Assembly: GCA_963779755.1 (NCBI GenBank)
Contig: CAVZZO010000001.1
Span: 288,001-352,000 of the forward strand
Reading direction: 5' to 3'
DNA length: 64,000 bases
From: an uncultured Gemmatimonadales bacterium
GTDB lineage: Bacteria; Gemmatimonadota; Gemmatimonadetes; Gemmatimonadales; GWC2-71-9
Shown: piece by piece, positions 18,763 through 28,029 of the stretch
Position numbering within the stretch: position 1 is the stretch's first letter
Layout of the letters: each line of letters opens with the position of its first letter
Position numbers and translations under genes: made by a program
The notes under the pieces: model-generated
What the model was told of the DNA's origin: nothing
The model's input: the letters and a program-made list of their open reading frames with translations, nothing else
Databases searched by the model: none

Positions 18763-19875
18763 ATGAAGTTCACGATTACCCGTGAGCAACTCCAGGAAGG
18801 TCTCGTCGCCGTGGCAGCCAGCGTCCCGGCCAAGACCACACTGCCCGTCCTCAGCAACATCCTGGTCGAGGCCTCGGGCGACGGACTGCGCCTCTCCGGA
18901 ACGGATCTCGATATCGGGGTGAGCACGACCGTGCCCGCCAGCGTGGACCAGGAGGGCGCGATCACTCTCCCGGCCCGCAAGCTGGTCGAGATCGTCCGCG
19001 AGCTCCCCAGCGCCGCCATCCGCTTCACCAGCTCGGGCGAGCAGCGTGTCACCATCGAGTGCGGCCGGACCAAGTTCCGCCTGCTGGGGCTTCCGCGGGA
19101 GGAATTCCCCGCCTTTCCCTCGGTCAAGTTCGAGAACGCCTGGCGCAGCTCGGCCGGCGACCTGCAGAAACTGATCAGCCATGTCGCTTTTGCCGCGAGC
19201 ACCGAGGAAAGCCGCCCCATCCTGAACGGCGTGCTCTGGGAGCTGCGCCCGGAGCGCATGCGCATGGTTGCCACCAACGGCCACCGGCTGGCCCGGATGG
19301 ACGTGCCCGCCAGGTCTTCCGGCACCGAGCAGTCGGATCTCATCGTGCCCCCCAAAGCGCTGGAGCAGATCCGGCGGCTCTTCCCGGCCGAGGACGACAT
19401 CGAGATCGCCCGGAGCGAAAACCACCTCGGGTTCCGCTCCACCAGCACCCAGGTCTATACCCGGCTCATCGAAGGGCCCTATCCCAACTATGAGCAGGTC
19501 ATCCCCCGGGAGAATGACAAGGCCGCGACGGGCGACAAGGCCGCGCTCTCCAGCGCCCTCCGCCGCATGAGCATCGTGGCCAGCGACCAGACCCACCGCA
19601 TCCGCATGCAGTTCGCCAGCGGCAGCTGCAAGCTGTCGGTGCAGACTCCGGACCTGGGCGAGGCGCAGGAAGAGGTGAACGTCACCTATGAAGGCGATCC
19701 GCTCGAGATCGGCTTCAATGCCGCCTATATGCTGGAGATCATGAAATTCATGCCCACCGATGAGGTCCGGCTGACCTTCAAGGGGCCCGAGCGCGCCGCT
19801 ACCTGCGAGCCGGTGGGCTGGGACGATCCGGCGAGCTACCTGACACTGGTGATGCCGCTCAGGCTGGTGGACTAG
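18763..19875 (+). CDS. dnaN: DNA polymerase III beta sliding clamp
   Basis: MKFTI, LPVLSNIL, GTDLD, VATNGHRLA, RLIEGPYPNY, IGFNAAY, LVMPLRL; GAGGAG RBS. Confidence 0.97.
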   Translation: MKFTITREQLQEGLVAVAASVPAKTTLPVLSNILVEASGDGLRLSGTDLDIGVSTTVPASVDQEGAITLPARKLVEIVRELPSAAIRFTSSGEQRVTIECGRTKFRLLGLPREEFPAFPSVKFENAWRSSAGDLQKLISHVAFAASTEESRPILNGVLWELRPERMRMVATNGHRLARMDVPARSSGTEQSDLIVPPKALEQIRRLFPAEDDIEIARSENHLGFRSTSTQVYTRLIEGPYPNYEQVIPRENDKAATGDKAALSSALRRMSIVASDQTHRIRMQFASGSCKLSVQTPDLGEAQEEVNVTYEGDPLEIGFNAAYMLEIMKFMPTDEVRLTFKGPERAATCEPVGWDDPASYLTLVMPLRLVD

Positions 19876-20842
19876 TCGAGGAATCAGGAACGCGGGAATC
19901 GGGAATCAGGGTGTCAGGGCGGCCTTCCGGAGATGGAGGGCCGTTTTCACTCCCCTCCATTCCCGAATCCCGATTCCCCGCCCCTTCCGGACTCGGTACG
20001 GAATCCGGAGACGGCAGAACCTCCGGAATCGCTTCAACATCCGGCACGAACTCCAGATCGGGGGCCGGCGGAATTTCCACCTGCTCCCCCCGCATCCGTC
20101 GCAGAATCAGATTCTGCCGCCAGCGCATCCGGCCGGGGTGAAAGTCGGGGTTGGATCGCAGCGGAAACGGCAGCTCTCCGGCCAGCGCCGCCGCCTGTTC
20201 CTGGGTCAGCCTCGAGGCCGGCCGGTGGAAGTAGTACCGGCTGGCGGCCTCGACGCCCCAGATGTCCGCCCCCAGCTCGGCGCTATTGAGATACAGCTCC
20301 AGGATCCGCGGCTTGTCGAGGGCCGCCTCCAGCCGGAGGGCGGTGACCGCCTCCTTCACTTTCCGCAGCGGATTACGTGAGGGCGACAGATAGAGATTCT
20401 TCGCCAGCTGCTGGGTGATGGTGCTGGCGCCCCGCAGAGCGTCGCGATGCTCCCAGGCGTGGTCCACCAGCCGGCGCAGCGTCCGGCGGTCGCGGGGAGA
20501 GTTCCAGCTGAAGCTGTCGCGCTGATAACCGATGGCGTGGAGAATGGCGAGGTAGTCGATCCCATGATGCTGCCAGAACCGGTCGTCCTCGCCCGTGGTG
20601 GCGGCCTGCCGCATTGCGGGGGCGATCGAGTCCAGCGGGATCGGCTGGTAAAGCCGCGGCCCCTCGCGGCCCATTTCGCCCCGGGCCGGCTCTTGTCCGC
20701 TCCGCATGGCCATGAACGCGGTTTCTGCCGGCCAGTGCGAACGGAACCAGACCGGGGGAGGCCAGACTGCCAGCAGCCAGAGGAGAAAAATCAGGACGGC
20801 GGCGCCGAGGCCGCGCGCGGCCAGGGACAGCGCGCGCCGCAC
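19859..20842 (-). CDS. mtgA: Monofunctional peptidoglycan transglycosylase
   Basis: EDDRFWQHHG, GASTITQQLAKNLYL, RKVKEA, ILELYLN, GVEAASRYYF. Confidence 0.88.
   Translation of the reverse strand: MRRALSLAARGLGAAVLIFLLWLLAVWPPPVWFRSHWPAETAFMAMRSGQEPARGEMGREGPRLYQPIPLDSIAPAMRQAATTGEDDRFWQHHGIDYLAILHAIGYQRDSFSWNSPRDRRTLRRLVDHAWEHRDALRGASTITQQLAKNLYLSPSRNPLRKVKEAVTALRLEAALDKPRILELYLNSAELGADIWGVEAASRYYFHRPASRLTQEQAAALAGELPFPLRSNPDFHPGRMRWRQNLILRRMRGEQVEIPPAPDLEFVPDVEAIPEVLPSPDSVPSPEGAGNRDSGMEGSENGPPSPEGRPDTLIPDSRVPDSSTSPPA
19878..19981. repeat. Inverted heptamer (GGGAATC-like) repeat arrays
   Basis: ggaatca-ggaacgc-gggaatc-gggaatc and attcccg-aatcccg-attcccc. Confidence 0.6.
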
Positions 20843-20846
20843 GGGA

Positions 20847-21719
20847 TCAGGGCAGGAGGGTCAGCCGGGCGCGGCCGCGGATCTGCGCCGGGACGGTCTG
20901 GCCCACATCGGGAAGCGTCAGCGTCAGGGAGGCGGAATCGGCCACGGATGCCTCTACCAGGCGCCCATCCAGGGCGACGGAATGGGTGCCGGCGACGTGC
21001 CCCCGGCCCTCGACCGTCATGTCCTGGCCGAACCAGTTGCCGCTACCTGTAACGGCATAGTCTCCCTGGCTTTCGATCTGCAGGGCCGGCGCGTCGGCGA
21101 CCGCCAGGTACCCCTGCGCCGTGAACCGGCTCTGCCGGACCTCGGTGGCATCGAAGCGGGCCAGAGCGCGGAAGGGAATCTCCAGCGAGTCCTGCCAGGT
21201 CATCCCCGGCCGCGCGCCCTCCGGCGGCAACACCGGGAAGAGCGTATACAGCAGCGGCTCCAATTGCTCGACCATGAGGGAGGAGCGATCGGCCGTCAGC
21301 CCGGAGAGCCGGCCCCACCTGGTCATCTGGCCGGTCCAGGCCGCTCCCACGGCGCTGTCGGCCAGCGCCTGGAGGGCGCTGTCCGGTTGGGTCAGGCTGA
21401 CCGAATCGAGGCTCAGCCGGAGGTTCATGGGCGCGCTGCCGGCCTCCCGCAGCGTCACATAGCTGGTCCGGACGATGGTCTGGTTCTGTGTGGTGCCGTC
21501 CGGCATGCCCAGGGAGAGACTGTCGGTGGTATCAATGCGATACCGGGCCTCGACCGGGCGATAAAGAATCACCACCCGGTCGGGCACGGAGATCTCCGGT
21601 CGGGGCGCCGGGCCGCCGGCGGGGCGCTCGCCGGTCCCCCCGCTGGAGGACGAGGCGGCACACCCAGCTACCAGGCAGAGCGCCGTGATGACCGGCGCGA
21701 TACGGAAAGGCAAGGGCAT
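20847..21719 (-). CDS. Hypothetical beta-rich lipoprotein
   Basis: Lipobox LVAGC; similar to the neighbouring ORF. Confidence 0.7.
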   Translation of the reverse strand: MPLPFRIAPVITALCLVAGCAASSSSGGTGERPAGGPAPRPEISVPDRVVILYRPVEARYRIDTTDSLSLGMPDGTTQNQTIVRTSYVTLREAGSAPMNLRLSLDSVSLTQPDSALQALADSAVGAAWTGQMTRWGRLSGLTADRSSLMVEQLEPLLYTLFPVLPPEGARPGMTWQDSLEIPFRALARFDATEVRQSRFTAQGYLAVADAPALQIESQGDYAVTGSGNWFGQDMTVEGRGHVAGTHSVALDGRLVEASVADSASLTLTLPDVGQTVPAQIRGRARLTLLP

Positions 21720-21724
21720 CGGAG

Positions 21725-22504
21725 CTACTGGAGCAGCGTCACCGTGGAGCTGGTGGTGGTCTTCATGGGAATATTCTGGGGGAACTGCGGCGAGCTCAGC
21801 TGCAGGTCCGCGCTGCCGCTGGCTTCACCGCCCAGATACCGCCCGTCGCTGGCGACATAATAGGTGGCGGTGCCCTGGCCCGTGCCCGACATGGTGATGC
21901 CGCCCTGCAGCTCGCCGGTGTACGCCTGGCTCGCCGCCGTGAGCACCTTCAGAGCCTGGGTGCCCTGCACCGTCTCCCGGCCCGCCACGCTGAAGTTGGT
22001 GATGGTCCGGACCGCCAGGCTGGAGTTCTCGTCCTGGAAGGTATGGTCGGTGGTGTCGGTCCAGGTGTCGCCCGACTTGGCGCCGTTCTTCACCCGGGGG
22101 AGGAAATTCGCCACCATCTGCTGCAGCTGATCGGGAGCCCCGGAATCGCCCACCGCGGTGAGCCCGGTGGTCTTTCCGTCGGGCGTCAGCAGGCCGTGCC
22201 AGCTCGCGCCCCAGGCGCTGTCCAGCGTCTCTCTGGCCTGCGGCGGCGGCGGCGTGGTGCTGTCGAACGTGATCGAATCGATGGTGATGGTGATCGCCTT
22301 GCCGCCGGTGGTGTCTTCCTGCACCAGGGTCATGAAATAGGAGGATTTCATGCTGTTCCGCTGCTCCGGCTGGCCCACCGGAGAGAGGTCGATGACCTGC
22401 TCCACCGAGGTGTCCACCCGGTAGTGCGAGGTTGCCGGCGCGGACCGGGAAGAGCCGAACAACACCAGCCCGCCGAAGAGGGCCAGCAGGGAACGAGAAG
22501 CCAT
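21725..22504 (-). CDS. Hypothetical exported beta-rich protein (paralog of 20847-21719)
   Basis: Signal peptide; shared YR.DT, DS..GA.W.G, LP....G.TW.D, DGR motifs. Confidence 0.7.
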   Translation of the reverse strand: MASRSLLALFGGLVLFGSSRSAPATSHYRVDTSVEQVIDLSPVGQPEQRNSMKSSYFMTLVQEDTTGGKAITITIDSITFDSTTPPPPQARETLDSAWGASWHGLLTPDGKTTGLTAVGDSGAPDQLQQMVANFLPRVKNGAKSGDTWTDTTDHTFQDENSSLAVRTITNFSVAGRETVQGTQALKVLTAASQAYTGELQGGITMSGTGQGTATYYVASDGRYLGGEASGSADLQLSSPQFPQNIPMKTTTSSTVTLLQ

Positions 22505-22540
22505 GATACCTGCCTTGAGTAGAGGGCCGACCGGGCCTCC

Positions 22541-22762
22541 TCAGGAGGCCTGGTGATTCCTGGTCTTGCCGAAGACGGCGACGATCTCGTCGGCGTCGCT
22601 GGTAATGCGCAGCAGCTTCCATCCGCGGCGCAGCATGTCCGTGCGCCAGCCGGCCACCTTCTGCCATTCATCGGCGCCGGCGCGGAATACCCGCAGGTGA
22701 GCTACCTGCTCCCATTCCGCGGGATACGGCTGCGCGTCTCCCTTGTCTCTGCCTTCAGTCAT
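22541..22762 (-). CDS. Small hypothetical protein
   Basis: 73 aa ORF with GC-rich codon usage, co-oriented with neighbours; GWKLL motif. Confidence 0.6.
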   Translation of the reverse strand: MTEGRDKGDAQPYPAEWEQVAHLRVFRAGADEWQKVAGWRTDMLRRGWKLLRITSDADEIVAVFGKTRNHQAS

Positions 22763-22844
22763 GGCCGGACGCCGTGAGATCGCCGGGGAAAGTTACCGGG
22801 CGGCCCGGTGGGAGCAACCCGGGCCGCCGGTATGAGGGGGAAAC

Positions 22845-23260
22845 GGAGGGCAGGGCCGTAAGCCGAGTTCTGTTCCTCCGGGCAGGAGCCCGAAAGGATG
22901 GTCATCTCTCTGGGATGGCTGTCGCCAGCCACCTCTAGCAGCCTACCCGCGGCTGCCGCCAGGCTCGCGCCTGGCGGGGGTCGGTGCGGGCCGCACCTCG
23001 CCGCCTATTTGGCCTTGCTCCGGCTGGGGGTTACCCTGCCACCGCTGTTGCCAGCGGTGCGGTGGGCTCTTACCCCACCTTTTCACCCTTACCCCGCCCC
23101 CGTGCCTCGCGGCCCGGGTTAGAGGCGGTATGTTTTCTGTGGCCCTTTCCGTCGCCTGATCGGCGCCCAGGCGTTACCTGGCAGCCTTGCCCTGTGGAGC
23201 TCGGACTTTCCTCGAGCCCCCGCCGAAGCGGGGGCCCGCGACCATCGCACCCTGCCTTCC
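22845..23260 (-). ncRNA. rnpB: RNase P RNA (type A)
   Basis: Minus strand GAGGAAAGTCCGAGCTCC, GCCACAGAAAACATACCGCC, GGGTGAAAAGGTGGGGTAAGAGCCCACC, ACAGAACTCGGCTTAC; P1 GGAAGGCAGGG/CCCTGCCCTCC. Confidence 0.97.
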
Positions 23261-23285
23261 GTGTGGGGAAATATAGCGGCCGGGC

Positions 23286-26200
23286 CTATCCGGCGCCGGT
23301 GGTGCGGGCCAGGCCCAACTGAGCCTGGCGCAGATACAGCCGGTAGGCGGGATCCGCCGATTTCCACTGGGCCAGGGCGGCGCGATACTCGTCGGCGGCG
23401 GCGTTCCGGCGCCCCAGTTCCTCGTAGGCCCGGCCCCGGATCAGATGCACCCGTCCCAGCAGGCCCCAGCGGGAGTCGAACCCGCGGGTAGAGAGGGCGG
23501 CGGGCTCGAACCCCTGCAGGATATCCAGGGTGCGCTGGTAATCGCCCAGTCCCAGATAGACGAGGCCCAGCAGGGGCCGCTGGTCGCCGAGGCCCATGCC
23601 CTTGGTACTGGCGGAGTCCGCCTCCGCCAGTACCCGGCGGGCGCTGTCGCGCGCTCCCTGGCTCAGGGCCAGCAGGGCCCGGATGACCCGGGGCAGTGGC
23701 TCTCCCGACAGCGCCTGCAGCTCGCTGAGCGCGGTCGGGTCGTCGGCGCCCACCAGCAGTTCCACCGCCGCCGGGGTGCCGGCCTGCGCGATCTCCCCCC
23801 GTCTGGGCCGCGGGGCGGAACGCGCCTCCTCGGCCGCCGTCTGCCAGAGGGTCCGTAACTGGGCGGCCGGGCCGCCGGCATTGGCGTACAGTGCCGAGAC
23901 CGCCAGCAGGTGATAGTGCTCCATGTCCATCCCGGCGCCCGGATGATAGAGCATCCGGCGGACCTCATCTCCCAGGTTCAGGGCGCGCCGGGCATACCGC
24001 AGGTCGCCCAGGTAGGCAAAGACATTGGCGGCCGAGTTGACGTCCACGAAGCTGGCGGGCGAGGCGCCCGCGAAATCGGCGCTCCGCACCGAATCGAGCG
24101 CCGCCCGCAGCAGCCGGGCTGCGGCATCGATATCCCCCGCCTGGAACCGGATCCGGCCCTCGACGAACTGCAGTTCGGGATGCGGGCCGGGATCCAGGGT
24201 TCGGACCCGGCTTAGCTCATTCAGCGCTGCCTCGGAGTTGCCGGTGGCCGCCAGGGCCTCCATGAGCGCCAGGTGCGCCCGCGGCGTCTCCGGCTGCCGC
24301 GCCACCCAGGTGCGGCCCCGGGCCACCGCCTCGGCCCCGGCCCGGCGGACGGCCTCGCTCAGTCGCGAGCTGTCCAGTAGCGCCCGCCCCGAGGGTTCCC
24401 GGGCGGGAACGAACGAATCGGGGGTGACCAGCGCATACGGCGAGTAGGGGCGGCCGGCGGTGGTCAACATCGTCATGATGTGATCGTACGCCAGCGAATA
24501 TCCCGGATCGAGAGTCAGCGCCCGCTCGAAGGCCCGGAGCGAGTTGGTCCAATGGGTCACCGGAGCCGCCGTGCTGGTGTCGTGGAACCAGGCGTCACCC
24601 AATCCGTACCAGGCGTCGGCATCCCGGCTGTCGCGGGAGAGCAGCGCCTGGTAGAGCCCGCGCGCGGTGGTGTAGTCTCCTTCGAGGAAGGTGCGGTACG
24701 CGTCCACCATGGTGCGCTCCCGCTGGGGCAGCCGGTCGCTGAAGCGGGTCGCGGCCTGGATGGCGGCGGAGCCGGCGGAGTCGTTCTGCCCCACCATCCA
24801 GCCCCGGGTCAGTGCCAGGCGATAGTATGCCAGCGCAAAGGTGCTGTCGGCGGCGATCGCCCGGCGCAGTTCCTGGTCGGCGTCTTCCAGACTCCACTGG
24901 TTGAGGGCATCGATGCCGCGCAGGTAGGCCCGGTAAGCCTCCAGCGATGAGGTGGTCATCTGTGCCAGGCCGGCCCGCACTCCTCCGGGCGCGCCGGAGA
25001 GATCCAGCAGGCGGCCGGCCAGCCGGTCGAACAGGGGCCGGACATCCTCGCCCGGCGTGCCGCTCACCTCCGCCACGTCGATCCGGCGCCCGGTGGCCAC
25101 GTCGAAGACCCGCGCCGCCAGGAAGAGCGAATCGCCGGCCGCGGTGTAATTCCCCAGCACCACCGTCGCGGCTCCCGCCTCGCGGGCCAGCTGCCGGGCG
25201 CGATCCAGCCCGATATCGTCTGCCACCCGGAGTCCCGCGTGGGACAACAGGTCATGCATGCGCTCGTGGTCCACCACGCTGAGGTCGTTCCACTGGGACA
25301 TCGTGAGGGAAAGCATGTTCACGCTTCCCTCGCGCAGCCATTCGAGCGAGGGCTGCTCTCGCAGATTGTCGAACGGCAGGATGAGCAGGGAACGACGCGC
25401 GTCGCCCTTGCCGGCAGCGGCCGAGCGGAAGCGGAGCCAGCCCAATCCGCCCGCCAGCAGCAGCAGGACTACCGCCATCGCCGCCAGCAGCGCGCCGCGC
25501 CGCGGGCGCTGCGGTACCCGCGTCTGCCGCAGCGCCTCTGACATTTCCAGCCCGCTCTGCCAGCGCTTGCCGGGCGCTTTCTCCAGCGCCCGCATGATCA
25601 CCGCGGCCAGAACGGGGGGTGTGCCCGGCCGGACCCGGCTCAAGGGGCGGGGCCGGTCGTTGAGCTGCATGGAGATGACCGCGGCGCTGGAGGGGCCCCG
25701 GAAAGGCGGAAATCCGGCGATGGATTCGTAGGACACCAGCCCCAGACTGTACAGGTCGCTGCGGGCATCCACCGCTTCTCCCGCCGCCTGTTCCGGACTC
25801 ATGTAGGTCGGTGTGCCCACGGCCACGCCCTGGCCAGTATCGGGGGAGCCCGGATCGGCTTCCAGAAACCGGGCAATGCCGAAGTCCGCCAGCAGGGCCC
25901 GCCCGGTCGCGCTCTCCAGCAGGATGTTCTCGGGCTTGACGTCCCGGTGGACCAGGCCGGCCGTCCCGGCGGCATGGAGCGCTTCGGCGATCTGACCGGT
26001 GATCCGCGCCGCATCGCCGGGTGGCAGCCGCCCCTCCCGGTTCAGCCGCTGGCGCAGGCTCTCCCCGGGTACGTGGTCCATTACATAGTAGAGGAATCCG
26101 GTCGCCTCGCCCGCAGCATGGACGGCCACGATGTTGGGGTGGCGCAGCCGGGCGATCATCCTGGCCTCGGCCAGGAACCGGTGGGTGATCGACGGATGGA

Positions 26201-26363
26201 CCGCCAGGTCGGGGTGCATCACCTTGACGGCGACCTGACGGTCCAGGGTCAGGTCCCGGGCCAGGAACACCAGCCCCATACCCCCGCGCCCGAGCTCGCG
26301 CTCGATCCGGTAATTCGGACCCAGCGCCGCTCCCAGTCGAGCCGCCAGTTCGCTGTGTTCCAT
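23286..26363 (-). CDS. Ser/Thr protein kinase with TM segment and TolB-N/TPR extracytoplasmic region
   Basis: GRGGMG, VAVK, HRDVKPEN, DFG, GTPTYMSPEQ; TM ALLAAMAVVLLLLAGGLGW; ILPFDN and TPRs; start MEHSELAARL. Confidence 0.9.
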   Translation of the reverse strand: MEHSELAARLGAALGPNYRIERELGRGGMGLVFLARDLTLDRQVAVKVMHPDLAVHPSITHRFLAEARMIARLRHPNIVAVHAAGEATGFLYYVMDHVPGESLRQRLNREGRLPPGDAARITGQIAEALHAAGTAGLVHRDVKPENILLESATGRALLADFGIARFLEADPGSPDTGQGVAVGTPTYMSPEQAAGEAVDARSDLYSLGLVSYESIAGFPPFRGPSSAAVISMQLNDRPRPLSRVRPGTPPVLAAVIMRALEKAPGKRWQSGLEMSEALRQTRVPQRPRRGALLAAMAVVLLLLAGGLGWLRFRSAAAGKGDARRSLLILPFDNLREQPSLEWLREGSVNMLSLTMSQWNDLSVVDHERMHDLLSHAGLRVADDIGLDRARQLAREAGAATVVLGNYTAAGDSLFLAARVFDVATGRRIDVAEVSGTPGEDVRPLFDRLAGRLLDLSGAPGGVRAGLAQMTTSSLEAYRAYLRGIDALNQWSLEDADQELRRAIAADSTFALAYYRLALTRGWMVGQNDSAGSAAIQAATRFSDRLPQRERTMVDAYRTFLEGDYTTARGLYQALLSRDSRDADAWYGLGDAWFHDTSTAAPVTHWTNSLRAFERALTLDPGYSLAYDHIMTMLTTAGRPYSPYALVTPDSFVPAREPSGRALLDSSRLSEAVRRAGAEAVARGRTWVARQPETPRAHLALMEALAATGNSEAALNELSRVRTLDPGPHPELQFVEGRIRFQAGDIDAAARLLRAALDSVRSADFAGASPASFVDVNSAANVFAYLGDLRYARRALNLGDEVRRMLYHPGAGMDMEHYHLLAVSALYANAGGPAAQLRTLWQTAAEEARSAPRPRRGEIAQAGTPAAVELLVGADDPTALSELQALSGEPLPRVIRALLALSQGARDSARRVLAEADSASTKGMGLGDQRPLLGLVYLGLGDYQRTLDILQGFEPAALSTRGFDSRWGLLGRVHLIRGRAYEELGRRNAAADEYRAALAQWKSADPAYRLYLRQAQLGLARTTGAG

Positions 26364-26603
26364 AGACTTGGCGCCGCCGGTCACAGGCTCGTGCCCGCCC
26401 GTCGGGGGCGGGGGTGATCTTCTGATAAAATAGGGCCCGGCCGCGGGGCGGCCAGAGCCAGTACTCGATAGATGATGGATACGACCCGAAGGTTGCCCGC
26501 GCGCCGGCGCACCAGGATGCGCGTTTCGTACTGCTGGGGACGGTTGAAGGGGAGTTGACACGCACGGGCTAGCGTCGCCCAACCCTCTCACCCCCTTCGT
26601 CCC

Positions 26604-27515
26604 ATGGGCCACTATGCCAATCCCGCAGCCGGACACCCGCCAGCCCGGTATGTCGCCGCGGTCCTGACCCCCGCCGAGCGCGCCCGGGTGGATGCCGCCG
26701 GGCAGGGGTGCTTCCGGGTGCTCCATCGCGATTCCATCCCCGAAGCCATCCGGGCCGTCCGGGAGCGCGCGGTGGCCGCTGTCCTGGTATCCGTACACCA
26801 CCGGGACGGCTCCCGCCCCGATGCGCTTACCAGCCTGGTCCGGGATTTTCCCGGCCTGCCGACGCTGGCTCTGGTGAGTCGCCAGGATGCCGTCGCCTCG
26901 GAGGCGCTGCTCCGGTTCGGAGCATCCGGCTGCCGCGACGTGATCGACGTGACCTCCGCGGCCGGCTGGCAGCGGCTGCGGGAGCTGATCGCCCAGCCGG
27001 GTACCGCTTCCAGCGCCCGGATTCAGGCTCCGCTCTTCGAAGCGGCCCCGCTGACCGCCGATGGCCGGGTGTTCTTCGAAGCGATGATCCGGCTGGCTCC
27101 TTCGGTGGTCACGGTCCGGCAGCTGGCGCGGCGGGTGCACATCCGGCCCAGCACGCTCATGTCGCGCTTCGTCCGCAGCCGGCTGCCGTCGCCCAAGAGC
27201 TACCTCGCGGGCATTCGCCTGCTGCACGCCGCGCTGTTGTTCGAAACGCCGGGCCTCTCGGTGGCGGATGTCGCCTACCGGCTGGAGTACTCCTCACCCC
27301 AGAGCTTCGGACGCCATCTCCGGTCCATGCTGGGGCTCACCTCCACCGAGTTCCGGCGGCGGTTTCCCTTTCCGGTGGCGATCCAGCGGTTCCTGTCGCT
27401 GATGATCCGTCCCTATGGGGCCGTCCTGCGGGAATTCCATCCTCTGGCGGGCACCCGGCCGGCGCCGGGGCGGGAGATGCGGATCAGCGGAGGCCCAGGC
27501 TGCTCGCGGTCGTGA
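26604..27515 (+). CDS. AraC-family HTH regulator with receiver-like N-terminus
   Basis: SVADVAYRLEYSSPQSFGRHLRSMLGLTSTEFRRR. Confidence 0.85.
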   Translation: MGHYANPAAGHPPARYVAAVLTPAERARVDAAGQGCFRVLHRDSIPEAIRAVRERAVAAVLVSVHHRDGSRPDALTSLVRDFPGLPTLALVSRQDAVASEALLRFGASGCRDVIDVTSAAGWQRLRELIAQPGTASSARIQAPLFEAAPLTADGRVFFEAMIRLAPSVVTVRQLARRVHIRPSTLMSRFVRSRLPSPKSYLAGIRLLHAALLFETPGLSVADVAYRLEYSSPQSFGRHLRSMLGLTSTEFRRRFPFPVAIQRFLSLMIRPYGAVLREFHPLAGTRPAPGREMRISGGPGCSRS

Positions 27516-28029
27516 GGGCATGCACCGCGTAGCCGGCTTCCACCAGCCGGCGGCGTCCGCCTTCTTCCCGATCGACCACCGCGAGCACGCCCAGCACCGT
27601 TCCCCCGGCGGTTTCCAGGGTCGCGATGGCTTCCAGGGCGGAGCCGCCCGACGTGATGACATCCTCCACCACCACCACCGCGTCGCCCGGGCGGAAATTC
27701 CCCTCGATCCGGCGGCCGGTTCCGTGGTCCTTGGGAGCCTTGCGTACACTGAAGGCGTCGATGGGGGTTCCGGCGGCGGCGCTGGCGCCGGCAATGGCGT
27801 AGGCGACCGGATCGGCGCCCATGGTGAGCCCACCGATCACCCGGGGTGCCCACCTTTCCCGCGCCAGCGCCTCCAGCCCCAGCCGCCCGATCAGCTGCTG
27901 CCCCTCGGCCGACATGGTGGCGAGCCGGGCGTCGATGTAGTAGGGGCTGCGCGCCCCCGAGGCCAGCACGAAATCTCCCCGGCGGACGGAGCGTTCCAGC
28001 AGCAGAGCCTCGAGCGCCCCGGCGCTCAC
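27484..28029 (-). CDS. pyrE: Orotate phosphoribosyltransferase
   Basis: GDFVLASG..SPYYID, VRKAPKDHG, VVVEDVITSGGS. Confidence 0.95.
   Translation of the reverse strand: MSAGALEALLLERSVRRGDFVLASGARSPYYIDARLATMSAEGQQLIGRLGLEALARERWAPRVIGGLTMGADPVAYAIAGASAAAGTPIDAFSVRKAPKDHGTGRRIEGNFRPGDAVVVVEDVITSGGSALEAIATLETAGGTVLGVLAVVDREEGGRRRLVEAGYAVHALTTASSLGLR

Noticed and set aside
26364..27227. N-terminal extension of the 1313-aa kinase ORF
   Set aside because: Antisense to the AraC gene; kinase homology begins at MEHSEL (26363)
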